A stretch of 64,000 nucleotides of DNA from Octopus sinensis (GCF_006345805.1 NC_042999.1:90148001-90212000); one strand, 5' to 3'; shown: positions 50,802 to 63,700, numbered from the stretch's first letter. The notes: generated by a model from the letters alone, not told the origin. A program made the numbers and translations.

Positions 50802-51479
50802 GTTAGTATTTATGTTAGCTCTTCTCTTTATCATATTAAATGTATTTTTCTGGTGAACTGCTTCCACTCATCTGTGTTATAGTAATAATAATGATGGTAA
50901 TAGTAATGATTTCAAATTTTGGCTCAATGCTAGCAATTGCAGGGGAGGGGGTAAGTCAATTACATTGGCTCTAGTGTTTAACTGGTACTTATTTTATCGA
51001 CCCTGAAAGGATGTAAAGCAAAGTTGACCTTGGCAGAATTTGAACTCAGAATGTAAAGACAGACGAAATGCCACTAGGCATTCTGCCAGCTTGCCATATT
51101 AGGCAATACAATAATATTAGTTTTCTAACGATTTTGTCATGTTTGATCTATGAAATCTTGCCTATTTGGCATCTTACCTGTTTAAAATTTTACCTGAGAT
51201 AGTGAACTATATGTTATGATGTAATCTATGAAAGTATCAGTAAAACAGCTGTTGTACCAAAATAGCTGTTGCAAATTTGTAACACCATTTGTGTTCTACC
51301 ATGTTAAAAGTACCCTGCACACATTGTAAAATGGTTGGGATTAGGAAAGGCATCCATCTTTAAAAACCAACATAAATCAGACTGTAATGTGGTGCAGCTC
51401 ATCTGCTTGCCAGCTCTGGTCAAACCATCAAACCCATGTCACCATGGAAAAACAGGTGTTAAAGGATGATGATGATATT

Positions 51480-51511
<32 letters not shown>

Positions 51512-51611
51512 GCATGACACCTTGGGTGAGTGTCTTTTACTATAGCCTCAGGCTGGCCAAAGCTCTGTGAGTGGATTTGATAGACAGAAACTGAAAGAAG
51601 CCCATCGTATA

Positions 51612-51664
<53 letters not shown>

Positions 51665-52229
51665 AAAAAGTCCTGGGTTTCTTTTGTTTGACCAGAACCC
51701 TTCAAGGCAATGTCTCAGTATGGCTGCAGTCAAATGAGTGATATATATATATATATTTATTTATGGCATCATTCAGCTGTAGAAATCATGTCACTTCAGA
51801 ATGGAGTCTAGTTCAGTGCTCCGCCAGCTTGCCAGCTCTGGTCACACCAACCAGCCCACCCCTGCCAGCATGGACAACAGATGTTAAATGATGATGATGA
51901 TGAGAGAGAGAGAGAGAGACAGGCAGACAGTGGTGCATATAAACAGGATTAGGCTCGATATATATATAAATATACAAATATAAATATACACATATAAATA
52001 TACATAGATATATAGAGAGATATGTGCAGATACACATAACTAGGGTCAATTCATTCAACTAAAAAAAAATTCTTTTGAAGGCAGTGCCCCAGCATGGCTG
52101 TAGTCAAATGACTGAAATGAGTAAAAGATATATATATATATAAAACAATATATAATAATACTTATTATATATTTTTTTATTCATTTTTGTACTTTTTGTG
52201 ATCTAGTTATATGTTTAAAAAAATATATT

Positions 52230-52761
52230 TTCATCATCATCATCATCATCATCATCGTTTAGCGTCCGTTTTCCATGCTAGCATGGGTTGGACGGTTCTA
52301 CTGGGGTCTGTGAAGCCAGAAGGCTTCATCAGGCCCAGTCAAATCTGGCAGTGTTTCTACGGCTGGATGCCCTTCCTAACGCCAACCACTCCGAGAGTGT
52401 AGTGGGTGCTTTTTACGTGCCACCCGCACAGGTGCCAGACAGAGCTGGCAAACGGCCATGAACGGATGGTGCTTTTTATGTGCCACCGGCACGAGGGCCA
52501 GGCGAGGCTGGCAACGGACACGAAACGGGGCGATGCTGGCAACGGTCGCAAAACGGAAGGTTCTCTTACAAGCCACCGGCACTGGTAACACATCTGCAAT
52601 TTCCATTGATCGATTTCGATTCTGATCCTCACTTGCCTCAACGGGTCTTCACAAGTAGAGTTTCGACATGCCACCGGCACTGGTAACACATCTGCAATTT
52701 CCATTGATCGATTTCGATTCTGATCCTCACTTGCCTCAACAGGTCTTCACAAGTAGAGTTT
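52230..52761 (-). mobile_element. RTE-related SINE-like repeat (young), with a 98-bp-period duplication at its 5' end
   Basis: (CAT)n tail at about 52230; family core; duplicated 92-nt segment at 52572-52663 / 52670-52761. Confidence 0.85.
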
Positions 52762-53883
52762 TGTGTATTTATTTTTTATTTATGATTTGGTTTATGTCTA
52801 TCATTGTTTGAATTGCATAATAGTGGTTTTTCTCTAATTTATATATATAATCATCATCATTTTATGTCCACTTTTCCATGCTTATGGGTTTAATGGAATT
52901 TTGTTGAAGCAGATTTTCTATGACTGGATGCCTTTCCTGTTGTCAACCCTCAATAATTTACAAGTCAGGTAATAATTCCACATAACTAGACATGTTTCCT
53001 TGGAATATTGGGAATGAAGGGCACTGCTTGCCTTACAGAAGCAATGACCAAGACCTTTGGCATTATGTCGTACTTGAGAAGAAGACCCATCAAGCCAAGC
53101 AAAATCACAGTCATGGCAGATACTGGTGTCATGCAAATGGTACCTGTGCCAATGGCAGATAAAAGTACCTATTACACTCTCGGAGTGGTTGGCATTAGGA
53201 AGGGCATCCAGCCATAGAAAACCATGCCAAATCAGACTGGATCCTTGTGCAGCCTTCCAGTGTGCCGCCCAGCCAAACTTAAATGATGATGATGGTTACT
53301 AGAGTACAATGGAGTGTTTGGTAACAATCCGATTATATAACCAATAATACTGTATATACTTCGGATTATACACTCAGTCTATTGACAGATATACAAGTGC
53401 ATCTTTTTCTTGACTTATGGACTTTTAGGTGACTTACTTATTTGTGTGTGTATTTGGGGGTTGTATCTCCTTGTCTTGAAATTGTATGTTAACTGTAAAT
53501 GATTATCACCATCATAGAAGCAGTCATTCTTTTCCAAAATTCTGTGAGAACATGTCTGGCCATGGGGAATATTACCTTGCTTGTAAATAGGTGAGGGTTG
53601 GCTACAGGAAAGGCATCTGATGGTAAAAAAATCTGCTTCAATAAACTCTGCTTGACCCTTGGTAGCATGGAAAAATAGATGTTAAAATGGTGATGATGAT
53701 GATGAATGTCCTCTAATAGTTTTGTATGTATTAAGTAGATGTTATCTATTTCTGCCTGTCTTCTCACTTTGTCTAGCTGATCAGCAAGCATGGACAACTA
53801 AGATACCTTGCACTGTTTCTTGTAAATCAAAGATAACAACATTCGTGTATGTTACTAACAACTGAGTCACCTTTGTTTTTCAG

Positions 53884-53946
53884 AAAGAAAATACAGATGG
53901 ACCTCGTGAACACATTGATATCAAATTTGAAGCTTTAATGCCGAAA
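53884..53946 (+). CDS. BLTP3B: BLTP3 exon 13 (63 nt)
   Basis: ttttcag|AAA...AAA|gtaagt with a TACTAAC branch point upstream; KENTDGPREHIDIKFEALMPK (human EHVDVRVDGLMLK); phase 0->0. Confidence 0.9.
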
Positions 53947-55722
53947 GTAAGTTGACTTTGCTGTTGATATTATAACTACAACTAGGAAACTTCTATGTGG
54001 TCATTCAACTTAGAGATAGTAGTCAAGTCTCCCTCATATCTTGGAAAATGACAATGATTCTGGTTGGAATGCTTTTGATCATAGATCTGCTTGATTTGGG
54101 CCAAACAAAAACAGTTATTATCTTTATTGCTCCTAGTACTATTGCTGTACTTTGCATTAAATATATGTCAAAAAGACTTTATGGTTATAACATTAGATTC
54201 TGCACTTATTTAATGCAGAATCAAATTTTCAATGAAGTTTTAAATGCTATTCATTTCACTTCACTTTCATTACTTGATAGACTTGAGAAAAGCATCAAAG
54301 ACACACAATCTGATTTCCTTTTGTCACTTATTGTGAGGTATTGTGATCATCAAAAACAGGAATTCATCTATGGATAGCCTAATACCTACAGAAATGTAAA
54401 CAGTTTCACTAGAAATTATAATATTTTAAAAACATAAATGATTCATTTGTGTTTGTAAATAATTGTGTAACTTATGCATGTCACTCCTAAAGTGAAGGCA
54501 TGTGGCCTAGTGGTTAGGGGCTGAGTTAACAATCATAAGTTCATGGACTGGGTGGTGCATTGTATCTCTGAGTAAGACACATCATTTCACATCGCTCAAA
54601 GCTACTCAGCTGAACATGAATACTAGTCGATTGCTGGTGCAGCCCTCTAGTTGCTCCAGCTATCACATCCTTGATATTTCACTGAGTCAAGTATGAGAGA
54701 ATCAAATGGATGTTTATGTCTGCTTATACCAATAACATATTTGTGTCGCTTGGGCCCCTGAAACATCTGTTTACCTTGCATATGTCAATGACATACAATT
54801 ATCTGGACTACTTTGGTTCCCAAAACATATTTGGGTCTCTTTCGCTCCTGAAATTTATCAAAATCCATCAAGATATTTACTTACCGGTGTTTGTTCTTTA
54901 GAATTCTGGTTGTCTTCTTGACTACTGAATCAACTATTGTAGATTGTTCAGTACCCACAAAAGTGAAATTTTTAGTTACATAATTAGATTCCTAAATTAA
55001 TGAAGTACTTCTTTATTGTAGAAAATGTTTTTATTATTGTAATATATGTAATGGTTAGAAAGAACAGCTAAATGCTGATAGTAAGAAATATTCAGTATCA
55101 GCATCCAGCTACTATTTCTAAAGACTAAATTTATAAAACCTTTTAATAGGCTTATGGCCTCTTGATTCTCCATCTTTTCTCTTCTCACTGATGTATATTC
55201 ATTGTTTTTTGCTTGATGAATCTTTGTTGGGATTGGTTGACCATTAGGAACATTGCAGACAGGAAATACCAACAAACGATTTTCTATCTAGATTCAAATA
55301 TTAACTATTTAAAGCTGTGAGAGAACCGTTATATGATCATTCAGCCTGCAAATAATAGTTGCCAAATTCTCCTCAAATCACACTCTACAATGTTAAAAGG
55401 ACACATTGAAATATGTAGTCCTGAATACACTGCCCATAGCAAATAAGAGGGAGTGATCACAGCTAGATTGTTTTTGACCATAGGTTTACATGATCAGGGC
55501 TAGCCTAGAGCTAAACAACAAAGGCTACTTAAATAACCTCCCACAATATCAACTATATAAATTATTATTAGAGAAATAACACTGGATTAACATGATATGT
55601 GTGAAAGTAATGAATGTGTTAAGTGAAATACATTAGTAAAGAAGGGCTCTGGTTGGAGAGATCCTTCTCTTTACATGTTTTACTAACAACCAGTCTAACT
55701 CTTCATTTTTCTTTATCTCCAG

Positions 55723-56719
55723 CTATTAATCCCTGCTGAAAGTGGATCCTATCCACAAGTAGCTGAGCGACCAGATACTCTGTTAGTTCAAATCTCCAAA
55801 ATGTCAGCAACCAATAAACAGAGTGAGGAAGAAACCAGTCATGAGAAACTATTACTGGCATTGGAAGAACAAAGCCAGTGCTGTCTACTTAAATCAACAG
55901 AATTCCCAATGGATCAGAACGAACTTTTGGTGTGTCCACAACATGTATGTAGTCATGTCTTAGAAAAGGACTGTCTTAATGCCTACATAGACTCATATGT
56001 GAAACAAGTGTTGACAAACTACAAGTTGTCATTGTCTGGCACGAACACAACTACAAATGCAGCTGAAATAGCTGACAGGAGAAGATTGAAAACCAACAGT
56101 CTCAAGCTGAATGCTGCATATGATATCTGGAATGTACATATTGATCAGATATGGATGGACTTCACCACACGCAAGTCTCGCCCTGTTCCTTTTTTAGAGT
56201 CTTTCCCAGTGACATTTTGGTTTTGGCGAACTCAGCCCTGTAAAAGTAGGGAGAAGAAGGAAGGAGAGAGTAGATTTGGCCATAAAGACAGTTCTAAATT
56301 GAATGGGAGTCAGGATTATAGTGACACTTCTGAATCAGTTGATAGTGATAGTTCAACAACACTTTGTGGTAATGATGGCCACACTGACATCTGTGCAATA
56401 GTATGTATCAAATCAAAAGTTCAAGTCCTACTCACACATTACCAGTATTTGTTCATGTTACGGCTTGCTGAGTCTTTAACAACCTTTCAAAAACAACTAG
56501 ATGCTGACACTGAATATTTCTCCGGAACATTGGCATCTTCATCAATTTCTTTAACAACATTTGTGCAGGACATTGAAGTAGCGATGGTTTTCCGTAAACC
56601 ATCTGAGAGTTCATTCCATAATGGAAACATGACTGAAGCTCATAGCAGTACCATAAAAGGAAGTATACCAGAACTGTCGCTTCCTGACCGGCAAGCAGAA
56701 TTGGATGGTTGGCCAAACA
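55723..56719 (+). CDS. BLTP3B: BLTP3 exon 14 (large exon)
   Basis: ctccag|CTA...A|gtaagt; LLIPAE...ERPDTLLVQISKMSATN...DIWNVHIDQIWMDF...RPVPFLESFPVTFW...THYQYLFMLRLAESL; 997 nt, phase 0->1. Confidence 0.95.
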
Positions 56720-57082
56720 GTAAGTTAATGTGCATGACTGTCATTTGTTTGATCTTGCTTCCCTCTAGAGGGTACAAATATATATAATACCCTCACCTTT
56801 CCATATATACATCATCATCATACCTACACACATTAAACATCCTCTCACCTTCCCAAACACTATCCTTCCTCCTATAAACACCACTAATATATAATGTGTT
56901 ATTTCTGTTCTTTTGTTTTCACTCATCTGTCAAATTTCATAAATATTTTGTATTTGTTATCTATAACCATTGTAAGTCTAATTATGATCATTATAGATTT
57001 TATTAATTCTTCCTAAGAACATGTAATAATTTCCTGCTGTGTTGTTTGTTGATCCATCAATGAATTTCTATGTTATTTGCAG

Positions 57083-57690
57083 ATGACATGAACAACTATG
57101 ATGGCAGCTTAAGTTACATCTCAAAATCTTACAGTGATTCTCGTTTAAATATCTCCAAGCATAGAAGTATGAATGGAGAGATGGTGGAGGGTTTGATCCA
57201 TGAAGATAGCATGCAACCATTGAATACAGCATTAGAGAACAGTACTCCAAACATTAACCTCTGCAGTAGTGAAGGTGCATCAGAATGTGCAATGCCTATG
57301 TCACTGGTAACATATAGTGCAGCTTCAGACACTGTTTATTCAACAATAAGTTCAGATGCTAAAAGTGCTGGGCCAGCAGTTACAGCACGCAAATCCAGTT
57401 TTAAAAGTGAAAAGAAAAAAGTTCTGTCAACAGCTTGGTCAAATTTTACTGACAAGTTGAGGTCCATGAGTGATTTAAATGACGATTCTTTGCTTGGTAG
57501 TGAAGACCTGGAACCAGGTCAGACTGATTATTCTTCAGATGATGAGTCATTTGAACATCTGTCATTAGAAGACGCTGAAGAACTTCCTGCATTTGAAAAG
57601 AAACAAACTCTTGATGCTCAGGGCTCTTTTGAAACTACAAGCCAAGACAGCAGTTTAGAAACTACATCAACAGCTCGGGAAAAGCAACTA
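57083..57690 (+). CDS. BLTP3B: BLTP3 exon 15 (acidic/Ser-rich, probably disordered)
   Basis: ttgcag|AT...CTA|gtatgt; open 608 nt, phase 1->0, matching both neighbours; low sequence conservation as expected for the disordered segment. Confidence 0.85.
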
Positions 57691-57799
57691 GTATGTGTTA
57701 TTTATATTTTCTCCTTTTATGTGGTTAGCTTTGCAATGACTTCATATGAAAGTTTCCTTTTACTTATTTTTCCAATATGATGTGGGACAGTGTGTTTAA

Positions 57800-58860
57800 C
57801 CCTTTCGTTACTATATTTCTGACCAAAATACACCCCTTATGTGTTTCAATTAATTTCTAACATAATCATAAATTTAGTCTGGTTTCATTAAACAACTATA
57901 ACTTTTTTATTTATCAATATATTAACGTGAATTTTGATAATTTAATGAAATGTTCTCAACCAATTCTATACTATAATTTTTGTCACAAAGTGACTCTAAT
58001 TGCAGGTAGATACAGGTAAATTCAACAAAATATAAAATTATTAAAATTTTGTTCAAACATCGCTATAGAAAATGGGTTATTAGCTAATATTCAATTGGGT
58101 ATACAACAAAATTTTACGATAGAATTTGTTATTCTGGGTAACTTTCTGATACCCATAATAACATTTATGGCAAAATAGTCTTAATTTCATTTAAGGTTAT
58201 GGGAAACCACTTTCTTTCGTTTTGTTTACATTTAGCGTAACGGTTCGTTTCCGCCGTAATGATTTCAAATAGGCTCATTCGAAAAAGTAAAAAGAAATAG
58301 TCTAAGGCTTTACTCTTCTGGGAAAGTCTGTGGCTTGGTCCAGTTTCTTCAGAAAAATCACCGAAAGAAACAGTTTTTAAATTTTCACTCCATTCAGGTG
58401 CCAATTCATTTTCTTTATCGCTGTCGGAGCTCTCGGATTCACTATTTTCACTTTTGGAAAATGAAACATCAGATTCATTATCAAATACCACATGCTTTTT
58501 TTTTTCAGTCATAGAGTTAGATTTATGAAGGTCTTCAGTAGAAAATCCTTCGAATTCTGACTTTCTGCTTGATATAATGAAATTCGTATCCATTTTTTGT
58601 CAGAATTACAAATTTTGAAAACAATAGGAACAAATTTCGGAAAAAAATCTCCCAAAATTCACGGAATTAAAATTACACTTCGATTTTTGTACAAAACTGT
58701 AGTTGAACTCTTTACGAAGTATAATACGTGTTTTCACGAATGTACTAAAGAGATTTGCTCTGATATTCTCATTTAAATATGAATAGGTAAATTCGGGCGG
58801 TTTTGGGCGGCTTGGTCACATTAACCAAAATTTTTTTCGGGCGGTTTGGTAACGAAAGGG
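57800..58860 (-). mobile_element. Internally deleted piggyBac element
   Basis: TTAA on both sides, perfect 12-bp TIRs CCCTTTCGTTAC / GTAACGAAAGGG, ORF 58165-58593 with acidic N-terminus then ALDYFFLLF...EIITAETNRYA...WFPITLNEIK. Confidence 0.93.
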
Positions 58861-59149
58861 TTAAAGTGAAGATGTAAGACTATTGGACATACATCTATGC
58901 ACTTACTACAGTTAATCATTTGTGTTTGTGACAAAGGCACATAACTTTGCTTGTCTTAGTCTGCCTTGCTGTAACAAGTTCTACTTTTGTTTCATAGTTG
59001 TTAGAATTAAAAAAGACATGCAGCTGTAAAAACAATTAGACCAACAGTATACAGATGTTCAAATTAAATAAAATAATCATTCTTTAAAAATCTGTTTAAA
59101 AGCTAGAGCGCAAAACTAGTGATGCTGATGAAGTTAATGTTCTTTATGA

Positions 59150-59700
59150 GATTCATTAACTTGGCAACTAGTTCAGAGAAACAGATGTTATTGCAGTTGT
59201 TATAGAAGAAGCTGGGAGAAAAATACAAACATTTGTGAGTCTACAGCAGTAGTGTGTTGGTGAGTGTTTGTGTGTCAGTCTTCTCTTGAATGTGCTCTGT
59301 TCCAGATATATGAGCAGTTGTTACAATATGAGTTTTAGTAGAGTTTTGTAGATGGTCAGCAAATGATCAGAGGTTGAGGTATTTCAAGCCCTAAAAAAGA
59401 AACCTAGAGTTTGTGATGTTTTTCTACAGATACCTAGCATGAGCATGTCAAAATAGATGTAAAACAGTGAAGATAAGTCATAATGTGTGAAGATATACTG
59501 GAAGGAGATAGTTCTGCCTGACTAACTATCAACACATCAGTTTAAAAAATGGTAGATTTTGCTATAGAGAAGAAGTTTCATGTATTAGTGGATGCCTGTT
59601 ATAAAACCAGTTATAAATTACACATCTGGAAATAGTTTATATTTTCTATCACTCTCCTAAAGTATGCTAAATATTTATGTTGCATATTGTTTCTTCAAAT
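59150..59700 (-). mobile_element. Degraded CR1/L2/I-like LINE RT C-terminal relic
   Basis: LLTIYKTLL..L..CSYIW and FY....N.IC.SEL-like motifs with stops. Confidence 0.45.
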
Positions 59701-60278
59701 GCTTACTTATTAATTACAAATTTGTCTTTTTTTAATCCATAATTGGCCTACCACTAACATGATGTTTTGTGTATATTACGTTTCTGAATGACTTTGTATG
59801 TTTCATTTTTAGTTTCAGATTTAGACCCCATAGGTTACATCCATTGATCCACTGCTATCCCTATCACCAACTTGCTATTCATCTTTATCTCCAGCCAATG
59901 AAGGAACCTTTATTTAGTCAGTTGACCTGCTAGAAATAGCAGTCAAATCTCTTACATTAGTATCATAAAAAAGAAAGGATACATTAGGTAATGTAGTTTG
60001 AGGTACACTATTCCTGAAAAAAAAAAACCTAAAAAAAAAACGGGATAGTCATGGCTTGACTGCCTTTGATTGTACATCTATTTGATGGCAGTTGAATACA
60101 TCTCTACCAAATCAATATTATTCACTATTATTACATGTCCTCACATTTGCAGCTATTTCAATAGCATATAATTTCAAGTCAATTCACAATGCAGGCTCAT
60201 ATTGTGTAAAGCAAAGATAAAGCTACATAGTGAAGCAATAAGTTAATTTTAAACAAGTCATCTTCTGCTTTTTTTCAG

Positions 60279-60435
60279 ATCAATGTTTCAATCTTCCATT
60301 TGAGCCGAACTGAAGCATTTGTCCAGAACTTGAGAAGTGGTACTGTATTACGTTGTCAATTAGAAAATATTGATGTTGCTGAATCAAGAGGTTTCAGCTG
60401 GGAAGGATTCCACCGCAAGTTTACCTCATCAAAAG
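60279..60435 (+). CDS. BLTP3B: BLTP3 exon 16 (not in ORF track)
   Basis: tttttcag|ATC...G|gtattt; INVSIFHLSRTEAFVQNLRSGTVLRCQLENIDVAESRGFSWEGFHRKFTSSK, positionally equivalent to human MSVVVFKITGVNGEIDIRG; 157 nt, phase 0->1. Confidence 0.82.
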
Positions 60436-61605
60436 GTATTTTTCATATATTCTTGTAGTAAAATTAGCATTGTTTCCTAAGTGTCCCTATTGTTCTATTC
60501 CATTAATGAAGTCAACAGTTTAAATGTATATCACAGTAACCATGTAGTTTCTGGTTCAGTCCTACTGCCAGACATCTTTGGGCAAGTGTCTTCTACTATA
60601 GCCCCAGGCTGACCAATGCCTTGTGAAAGAATCTGACTGATTAAAACTTGTGTCAAAACCCTTTGAAGATATATGTGTGTTTTTATATTTTTACTTGTCT
60701 CCCACCACTGCTTGACAGCCTGATTTGGTTTGTTTATGCCTCCATAACTTAGCAGCTTGGCAAAAGGAACTGATAGAAAAAGTACCAGATTTAAAATAAA
60801 AAAAAAAAATGTACTGGGGTCAATTTGTTCAACTAAGACCCTTCAAGACAGTGTCTTAATATGGCTACAATCCAATGACTGACACAAGTAAAAGATAAAA
60901 GATCCATTTTCTAAAGTGTGTAATTTGAGTAGCAGGTATACGAGTCGATGACATGCTAAATTACCAGCTGCAAGGTAACTTGTTCAAATCTTTAACCAGC
61001 ATTGTTTTGTGTCTAAGGACAAATCACTTAACTTTTAGTTGGCTCATTGATTAGCCATCTGCTGTGATAGGTGCTGTGTTGTTGGAACATGCACATGACT
61101 TGTGTTTTTGAGTTATTGATGTTAAGTCTGCAGTGCATAACTCTTCAACCTATCAGTTTTCTCCTGTAGATAATCTATCTTTGAGGAGAAGATTACCAAG
61201 TCAAGTGTACACTCAAGTTCTAAATGTGAGGGAAAATGTATACATAATACCTCTGATGGGGTCTTATTGATGATCCATTCATTGTTAATTAAGACACAGA
61301 TGTGGGGAGAATACAGCCTTGTCACAACTAGATTTCACTGATGTTTCATAATCTTGTGGGTTGAGTTTACAGAAGGCAAGCAGTGTTTTCTGTAACATCT
61401 TCATTACCTAAATCATTATTATCTAACTTTGTCAACATTTTATACTTCTTCCTCTATCTCAGCTTACATTAATCAATATGTGGGACAGGTTCTTCTGTCT
61501 ATCAATTAGTAGGTAGCTGAATAGTTTCCTGTTTGTTATTTATTACTTTACACACATTTCTCATCCAATTTGGCTGGTAAATCTGCTGTTGTTGTTTTGT
61601 ATTAG

Positions 61606-61865
61606 GTTTACAGTATGAGACAAAATCAATGTCAACAGCGCAGTTCCCAGTACGACTAAAGTATATGATTGGTCCTGGTCTGGCTGAATTAAAGAATGAT
61701 CTCATTGGACAAGAGCGGGGATTTTTACACATTGACTTGGCTGACATCAACCTGACATTTCAGATGTCAGCTCTTATGAATATAACTGACCTGATTGAGG
61801 ATGAGCTCCCTCCTGTCTTCATGCCACTCTATATCAGCATCAAAGACCTGACACTGACATTACAG
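61606..61865 (+). CDS. BLTP3B: BLTP3 exon 17
   Basis: attag|GT...CAG|gtaagg; PVRLKYMIGPG...ERGFLHIDLADINLTFQMSALMNITDLIEDELPPVFMPL (human LRFESGPG...KNGFLQCHIENF...LMNIQHFLEDE); 260 nt, phase 1->0. Confidence 0.92.
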
Positions 61866-62384
61866 GTAAGGCTTTTTGGACAGTTATTGAATAATTGTTT
61901 TATTTTACAGTTTCAAGGTGTTGTATCTGACACTACTGCTATAGGCAAGGCTTGTTGGGTAGCTACTGAACAGATAACTGGCTGTTTTCAGGGTATGGAA
62001 TGTAAACATTAGGGTTAAGGTAGAGCTGTATGCCAGAAAATAGGGTTCAATAAAATTAGTACCAGAAAGTGAAATAACGAAGTTGGGTAGCAGACTTAAT
62101 CTGTCACATGGTTTAACATCACTGCCCAGTCCTTGGGTGCCTTGAGTGAAGCTCACTCTGTTTGCAAGTATTCAGGTCAGGCCTCCAGTTTGAGGATATA
62201 TTCTTTCTTTCCTTCTATGTGTTTCTATCCTCCTTTTGTTAACTCTCTCTCTCTCTCTGGTTGGCCAACTTTGTACCTCCTAAGACACCTGTTTCTGTCA
62301 CACTCTAACCTTTTATCATCTGATGCAAAATTACCTCCTCCAATACTCCCTCCCTTCTCAAAGATGTTTTATCTTGCAAGTTAC

Positions 62385-62800
62385 TTGGTGACTCTGCAAG
62401 TGCTGGTGCCACATGAAGTGGTTGGCATTTGGAAAGGCATCCAGCTGTAAAAACCATGCCAAAACTGACCTTTCCTGTGCTGATGCCATGTAAAAAGCAG
62501 TCAGTCCACTCTGCAGAGTGGTTGGTGTTAGGAAGGGCATCCAACCATAAAACCATGCCAAAATAGACACAGAAGCCTGGTGTAGTCTTCTACCTGGCTG
62601 GCTCTTCTCAAACTGTCCAACCTATGCCAGAATGGAAGGTGGATGTTAAACAATGATGATGATGAAATACCTTTCCTGTTACCAATCCTCACCTGTTTCC
62701 AGGCAAGGTAGTATTTTCCAATGGCTGAACATGTTCTCCCAGAAAGTTGGAAAGGAATGACAGCTTCTATGATGGTGACACTCATTTACAACTGTCGAAT
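62385..62800. mobile_element. RTE-related SINE-like copies (+ then -)
   Basis: GGTTGGTGTTAGGAAGGGCATCC core, (GAT)n tail, followed by an opposite-orientation fragment. Confidence 0.65.
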
Positions 62801-62974
62801 GATGTCATATACTGAAAGGCAAAGTTTGCTCAACAGATCGCAAGTACCACTTCTTTATAGTTGAGTAATTAGTTACTGGAAGGACATCCAGCTGTGAAAA
62901 CAATTACTCCATGAATATCTTCACTCTTATAGCATAGCAAATATAAGACAACCAGACACACACACTTTTTAAAG

Positions 62975-63568
62975 AATGTCTTATTGATACTTGATTTAGT
63001 CAAAATGTATCAGCTGTTTCAATTTATGTAGAATCCAAATATCAAGCTTCTTAATGAGTGCAAGACATTTTAAGTGATTTTAAATTGTTGTATGTGATAC
63101 ATTTAACCTCTCTGCAATCTCTCAAACAGTTATATGACAATCAGATTCCGTTATGGCTTTGATTTGGTCATCATCAACTTCAGTAGATCAACTAGAACAT
63201 TGGTCATCTTTGAGTGAAAAGTCTCCAGAACGGAATTTTTAAAATCATTTCTGATATGTGCATTCTCTTAAGTGATCAGCACTATAAACCTCACATATCT
63301 CTTTTTGAGCCTCAGCAGCTTTCTTGCCTTTAGAGAAATATAAAATCAAAATACGGTGAAAATGTTCGTTTTTGCACTCTATGCTAAAATTGACACTTAA
63401 CTAATAGCTGTGGACAAAATTACATACAATTTGCTTCTAAAGTAAGCTAAAAGTAACAGCTATTAAATGTTAAAAGGTAAAAAATCATAACATTGACAAA
63501 AGTCATTCAAGAAGATTGTAACTCTATCTATTTGTGAAAAACGAAATTACATTCTTGCTAACCCAGTA
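62975..63568 (-). mobile_element. 3'-truncated mariner (mellifera-like) relic
   Basis: Minus strand EHFHRILILYFSKGKKAAEAQKEICEVY...KFRSGDFSLKD...EVDDDQIKAI...LNVSHTTI..HLK...KLDIW with stops; TIR-like TACTGGGTTAGCAAGAATGTAATTTCG ending at 63568. Confidence 0.8.
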
Positions 63569-63700
63569 TTCTCAATATTGTCCTTAACAAAAAGCAAGAA
63601 AACCAGTTTTTTTTAACCCTTAAAAATTTAAGGTTTAATGTTTATAAATCTATTATACTGAAATGATTTCACATTAGTTATCACTGTTACTATTTCACAG

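Noticed and set aside
53997-54377. 126-aa intronic ORF
   Set aside because: No recognisable domain, not needed for the exon phase chain, and overlaps common repeat fragments.
56720-56787. ORF-track extension of exon 14 (also the tails of exons 2, 7, 9, 15 and 17)
   Set aside because: Read-through past strong GT donors; homology stops at the donors.
59114-59176. CTGATGA followed by an 8-9 bp hairpin and palindromic ACTAGT, resembling a hammerhead
   Set aside because: The required GAAA is missing (TGGCAA instead), stem I has only 2 pairs, and it overlaps a minus-strand LINE relic.
61614-61865. Alternative acceptor TTACAG at 61613 for exon 17
   Set aside because: Phase 0 does not match the phase-1 end of exon 16; the acceptor at 61605 does.
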